A stretch of 29,073 bases of DNA from a virus (lineage: Duplodnaviria > Heunggongvirae > Uroviricota > Caudoviricetes). The stretch lies in IMG/VR virus record IMGVR_UViG_2778261396_000002; one strand, given 5' to 3'. The position numbers were made by a program, and so were the translations under genes. Below, piece by piece: positions 24,580-29,073 of this stretch. Each line of letters opens with the position of its first letter. Position 1 is the first letter of the stretch. Below the pieces are notes generated by a model, which searched no databases, was not told the DNA's origin, and saw only the letters and a program-made list of their open reading frames with translations.

Positions 24580-24861
24580 AATTCATCGCTCGTCTGTATA
24601 CGATAACGAAGAAGGCTGATGCCTGAGTAGAGATACGGACAGAGTAGTGAATATTGGATCTCTTTAATAAAAAGTAAGGAGGTCCAATACATGAAACAAT
24701 GGCTAGCATATTTGGCAAAATCTTAATCAGGAAAAGTATGCTAACCATTGTGGTGAAGTGCAGGTTTGCTGCATGAATAGTTTTACAGCAGAAGCTAACT
24801 GCTGGCATGGCAAAACAAAGTGCGTAAGTGGATGACTCCCACAAAAAGCACCACAATCTCA

Positions 24862-24886
24862 AACCCGCTCAGGCGGGTTTTTTATT
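24862..24886 (+). terminator. Rho-independent terminator ~280 nt downstream of cspB
   Basis: AAACCCGC-TCAG-GCGGGTTTTTTATT. Confidence 0.7.
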
Positions 24887-24942
24887 ATCTGCTTTAAATA
24901 TATTATTAAAATATAAAAAATACTTGTTACTAATAAAATCAA

Positions 24943-25113
24943 TCAGGCTACAGCTTTAAGATTTGTCTGGAATACTTTGTTGCAATGAGGGCAGATCAAA
25001 AGGGCACCTTTTTGTACTCTTGAAAAACTGTGTTCTGACTCTTGGGTGCAGTTTGGGCAGGAACATTTAACGAGATAATTACGGCGTGATTTTGAGTTTT
25101 TACGTTCTGACAT
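24943..25113 (-). CDS. Small zinc-ribbon protein (56 aa from ATG 25113; CxCxxC…CxxC)
   Basis: ORF 24943..25164; MSERKNSKSRRNYLVKCSCPNCTQESEHSFSRVQKGALLICPHCNKVFQTNLKAVA. Confidence 0.5.
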   Translation of the reverse strand: MSERKNSKSRRNYLVKCSCPNCTQESEHSFSRVQKGALLICPHCNKVFQTNLKAVA

Positions 25114-25332
25114 AGGCTTTTCCTGTATAAATGGCCGTATACAGTACACTAAATATGAAAACATTTCTCGTATTATTATTTTATATATGACTTTCTTTCA
25201 AAATAATTACCCACATTTTTAATGTGTATGTTTTTTTAGCGCCGTTGAGAACAACGTGTGCTGTCAAAACTACCCCGTAGACTCCGATCTTTTCAAACAT
25301 ATTGCACCATCCGTGTACATCGGGGTGAGGAT

Positions 25333-25548
25333 ATGAAATCAATGGATAAGTTAACAACAGGTGTTGCCTATGGCACATCGGCGGGTAATGCTGGTTTCTG
25401 GGCATTGCAGTTACTCGATAAAGTAACTCCGTCACAGTGGGCTGCAATCGGTGTGCTGGGTAGCCTGGTTTTTGGCCTGCTGACGTATCTGACAAATCTT
25501 TATTTCAAGATTAAAGAAGACAGGCGTAAGGCTGCGAGAGGAGAGTAA
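25333..25548 (+). CDS. essQ: Class II holin EssQ (S21-like, 71 aa)
   Basis: Internal ATG of ORF 25258..25548: [71 protein letters not shown]. Confidence 0.85.
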   Translation: MKSMDKLTTGVAYGTSAGNAGFWALQLLDKVTPSQWAAIGVLGSLVFGLLTYLTNLYFKIKEDRRKAARGE

Positions 25549-25552
25549 TCCA

Positions 25553-25860
25553 ATGACTCAAGACTATGAACTGGTTGTGAAAGGAGTCCGTAATTTTGAG
25601 AATAAAGTTACGGTAACTGTAGCCTTACAGGACAAAGAACGCTTTGACGGTGAAATTTTTGACCTGGATGTCGCCATGGACCGTGTTGAAGGAGCTGCGC
25701 TGGAGTTTTATGAGGCAGCAGCCAGAAGGAGCGTCCGGCAAGTCTTCCTGGAAGTAGCAGAAAAATTGTCAGAAAAAGTTGAGTCTTATCTGCAGCATCA
25801 GTACTCCTTTAAGATTGAAAATCCTGCCAATAAGCACGAGCGTCCTCATCATAAATATCT

Positions 25861-25864
<4 letters not shown>
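25553..25864 (+). CDS. ydfR: Prophage protein YdfR (103 aa)
   Basis: ORF translation MTQDYELVVKGVRNFENKVTVTVALQDKERFDGEIFDLDV…; between holin and lysozyme. Confidence 0.75.
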
Positions 25865-26888
<1,024 letters not shown>

Positions 26889-27250
26889 GGTAATATTAAA
26901 TCGGAACATTTACATCGCGGAATGTAAAATTTAAATAAAAAGGACTCTTCCATGAGCCAAAATTCCTGAAATCTTAAGGGTAAGATAAAAGGTCTTAATC
27001 AGAATGACACGTTTTATTAATAAATAAAGCTATTCTTTCATTGCTGTGTTTTTCTTTACAAAAGTAATCCTTGCTATGGGTGGTTAATCATGCGTTAATG
27101 GTGTTCTGGTTTGTTACAAATTTATCTGAAGCAGTCATTGTTATAATTTTATTATTTGTACCTCTTGAGATTTCCTTGTTGGTTTTTCTCTCTGATATTT
27201 TTTTTCGGACCATTCTGCCCAAGGGCTAATTTCTTCAAAAGGTAATAATT

Positions 27251-27463
27251 ATGTCTAACAAAATGACTGGTTTAGTGAAATGGTTTAACCCTGAAAAAGG
27301 TTTTGGTTTCATCACGCCGAAAGATGGCAGCAAAGATGTGTTTGTCCATTTCTCAGCAATTCAGAGCAACGATTTCAAAACATTAACTGAGAATCAGGAA
27401 GTTGAATTTGGTATTGAGAACGGACCTAAAGGTCCTGCCGCTGTTCATGTAGTGGCGCTTTGA
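27251..27463 (+). CDS. cspI: Cold-shock protein CspI (70 aa)
   Basis: ORF translation [70 protein letters not shown]. Confidence 0.93.
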   Translation: MSNKMTGLVKWFNPEKGFGFITPKDGSKDVFVHFSAIQSNDFKTLTENQEVEFGIENGPKGPAAVHVVAL

Positions 27464-27662
27464 GGTAGACAATATTACAAACCATATTCACTTTAGATGC
27501 CCGTGTTGTCATGGTTCCCAGTATAGAACATCATCTTTTGATGTTTCTGACATGAATCCTTTCGGGGCAAAATGTATCTTTTGTAAATCAATGATGATTA
27601 CATTTGATAATATTTCACAATACTTAAATGCCAGCCGTCTGTCGTTGGATTTAAAAAAGTGA
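27453..27662 (+). pseudogene. Zinc-ribbon ORF (paralog of 24943-25113) lacking canonical start; open frame begins inside cspI 3' end
   Basis: Frame open from TAG at 27450-27452: …HFRCPCCHGSQYRTSSFDVSDMNPFGAKCIFCKSMMITFDNISQYLNASRLSLDLKK*; first in-frame ATG (27552) lies after first Cys pair. Confidence 0.35.
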
Positions 27663-27668
27663 AAATGA

Positions 27669-27690
27669 AGGCTCCTTCGGGAGCTTTTTT
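27669..27690 (+). terminator. Rho-independent terminator of the cspI transcript
   Basis: GCTCC-TTCG-GGAGC followed by TTTTTT. Confidence 0.7.
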
Positions 27691-27734
27691 GCTTGGTGTC
27701 TATTCGATGGATACTCACATACTACGGTAACATC

Positions 27735-27965
27735 ATGAAAAAAATCATAGTTTTTTTTAACTCTGAACCAGCAGTGGTAGTGCCAGCGATGACTGGAGTT
27801 AACACCATCATGCGTGAATATCCAAATGGCGAAAAAACACACCTTACTGTAATGGCCGCAGGGTTTCCATCTCTGACCGGAGATCATAAAGTCATTTATG
27901 TAGCCGCGGATCGACATGTTACTTCAGAAGAAATTCTGGAAGCAGCAATAAGGCTCTTGAGTTGA
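27735..27965 (+). CDS. Hypothetical small prophage protein (76 aa from ATG)
   Basis: ORF 27693..27965 (TTG); internal ATG 27735: MKKIIVFFNSEPAVVVPAMTGVNTIMREYPNGEK…. Confidence 0.45.
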   Translation: MKKIIVFFNSEPAVVVPAMTGVNTIMREYPNGEKTHLTVMAAGFPSLTGDHKVIYVAADRHVTSEEILEAAIRLLS

Positions 27966-28136
27966 TTTGATGCTATTGCATTGATAATTCAGGAAAATTC
28001 TCTTTGTCTGTTTGTGTAAAATTTAGACTATCGTATGTTGATTATTGCGATGTTTCATCTTATCTTTTACACGTTTGCACCATATAATCGACTTACTGTG
28101 TAACTGGAAAGTCATAACAGACTAAAAGAGGAAATG

Positions 28137-28310
28137 ATGAATATTGAAAACTTAAAAACAAAAGCAGAAGCAGATATTTCTGAATATATAACAAAAAAAA
28201 TTATTGAACTTAAGAAAAAGACCGGGAAAGAAGTTACCAGTATTCAGTTTACCGCACGGGAAAAAATGACGGGTCTTGAAAGCTATGATGTCAAGATTAA
28301 TTTAATCTGA
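28137..28310 (+). CDS. gnsB: GnsB-like protein (Gns family, 57 aa)
   Basis: Manual translation MNIENLKTKAEADISEYITKKIIELKKKTGKEVTSIQFTAREKMTGLESYDVKINLI*; alternative ATG at 28134. Confidence 0.8.
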   Translation: MNIENLKTKAEADISEYITKKIIELKKKTGKEVTSIQFTAREKMTGLESYDVKINLI

Positions 28311-28338
28311 TGTATTCAATAATAAAATTTATCCATAA

Positions 28339-28360
28339 ACCTCGTTTTTACGGGGTTTTG
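28339..28360 (+). terminator. Rho-independent terminator after gnsB
   Basis: CCTCGT-TTTT-ACGGGG hairpin (one G-U pair) followed by TTTTGTT. Confidence 0.5.
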
Positions 28361-28461
28361 TTATATTTGAATGGTTCCGAATATCTAAATCACAATTGTT
28401 GATGGTTTTTATTAAACCAATGCAGTCCGGCTCAGGAGTGAGAGAAGCCGGACGTTATGGT

Positions 28462-28872
28462 TTAGCGTGGTAAGATCTGTGTAGTTTTCTGGATGCTTTC
28501 AGTAAATAGTAATGAATTATCAAAGGTATAGTAATATCTTTTTTGTTCGTGGATATTTGTAACCCACCGAAAAACTCCTGCTTTAGCAAGGTTTCTTCTG
28601 TATTCCTGAAATGTGATCTCTCTGGATTTCAGCTTATTAGAGGTCGTTTCTATAAGATGCCTATCCTTTGAAAATTTGACAGACACAATGTTTTTTAGGC
28701 CCTTTAATAACACTGTATTATCATTTTTTAATACAATATGAACATTCTCTGTGGCTAAATAGTAAATGTAATGTGAGACATTGTGACGTTTTAGCTCAGA
28801 ATAAAACCATTGATAGTTTAAATCGTTTCGAACTTTATCAAATATTTGTTTAAAAATGACTACCTGATCCAT
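28462..28872 (-). CDS. ydfO: DUF1398-family prophage protein YdfO (136 aa)
   Basis: ORF 28462..28887; internal Met gives [65 protein letters not shown]…. Confidence 0.8.
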
Positions 28873-28929
28873 AGATAAACCTTCCATGTGATATGAGGGG
28901 GCGTAGTCTGCACGATTATCTAAATTGCT

Positions 28930-29073
28930 TCAATCTGGTCTGACCTGTTTTCTGAGCAATTCAGTAATGTCACTCTTTTCTTTGTTTGCTTCAGAAGAAA
29001 CTCTTTTTTCTGAGCACAGTCTCCGGCGGCAGGCTTCAATGACCCAGGCTGAGAAATTCCCGGACCCTTTTTG
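28930..29073 (-). CDS. 3' part of a prophage ORF (YnfO-like); start lies beyond window end
   Basis: Minus-strand frame open from window edge: …KGSGNFSAWVIEACRRRLCSEKRVSSEANKEKSDITELLRKQVRPD*. Confidence 0.4.
   Translation of the reverse strand, partial: QKGSGNFSAWVIEACRRRLCSEKRVSSEANKEKSDITELLRKQVRPD

Noticed and set aside
27509-27917. Minus-strand ORFs 27509..27718 and 27651..27917
   Set aside because: Antisense to the zinc-ribbon frame, terminator and the 76-aa plus-strand ORF; no SD; likely frame shadows.

Overview
This window is an Escherichia coli-type chromosomal segment, reverse-oriented relative to the K-12 map as I recall it, running from ynfE into a Qin-like lambdoid prophage. All calls rest on reading the supplied ORF translations and the DNA by eye, plus recalled family knowledge; no searches were run. 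Left part (1-6.8 kb): the 3' end of an IS1 copy (1-122) interrupts ynfE, followed by ynfD, ynfC, speG, ynfB, ynfA, rspA and rspB. At about 6.8-6.9 kb a ydfJ 5' fragment marks the prophage junction. The prophage (6.9-29 kb) reads from the int end: integrase, putative excisionase, a full-length 823-aa DEDDh exonuclease, ydfD, dicB, DicF sRNA, ydfC/B/A, the dicA/dicC switch with TGTTAG/CTAACA operators, a YdaT-like gene, and an O-like replication gene with internal iterons. Then comes a decayed nin-like stretch (methyltransferase with in-frame ochre, small coupled ORFs with in-frame ambers, a 59-aa two-TM ORF, a hairpin-rich non-coding segment) and an ISNCY/IS481-like transposase. The remainder is flxA, ydfV, relBE, hokD, rem, ydfU, Q antiterminator, cspF/cspB, holin-lysozyme-Rz/Rz1, cspI, gnsB, ydfO and a partial ynfO-like ORF. 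I did not find a clearly novel multi-gene system; the least explained parts are the 15.4-17.4 kb stretch and the small zinc-ribbon and hydrophobic ORFs flanking the csp genes. No tRNA, rRNA or CRISPR array was recognised.
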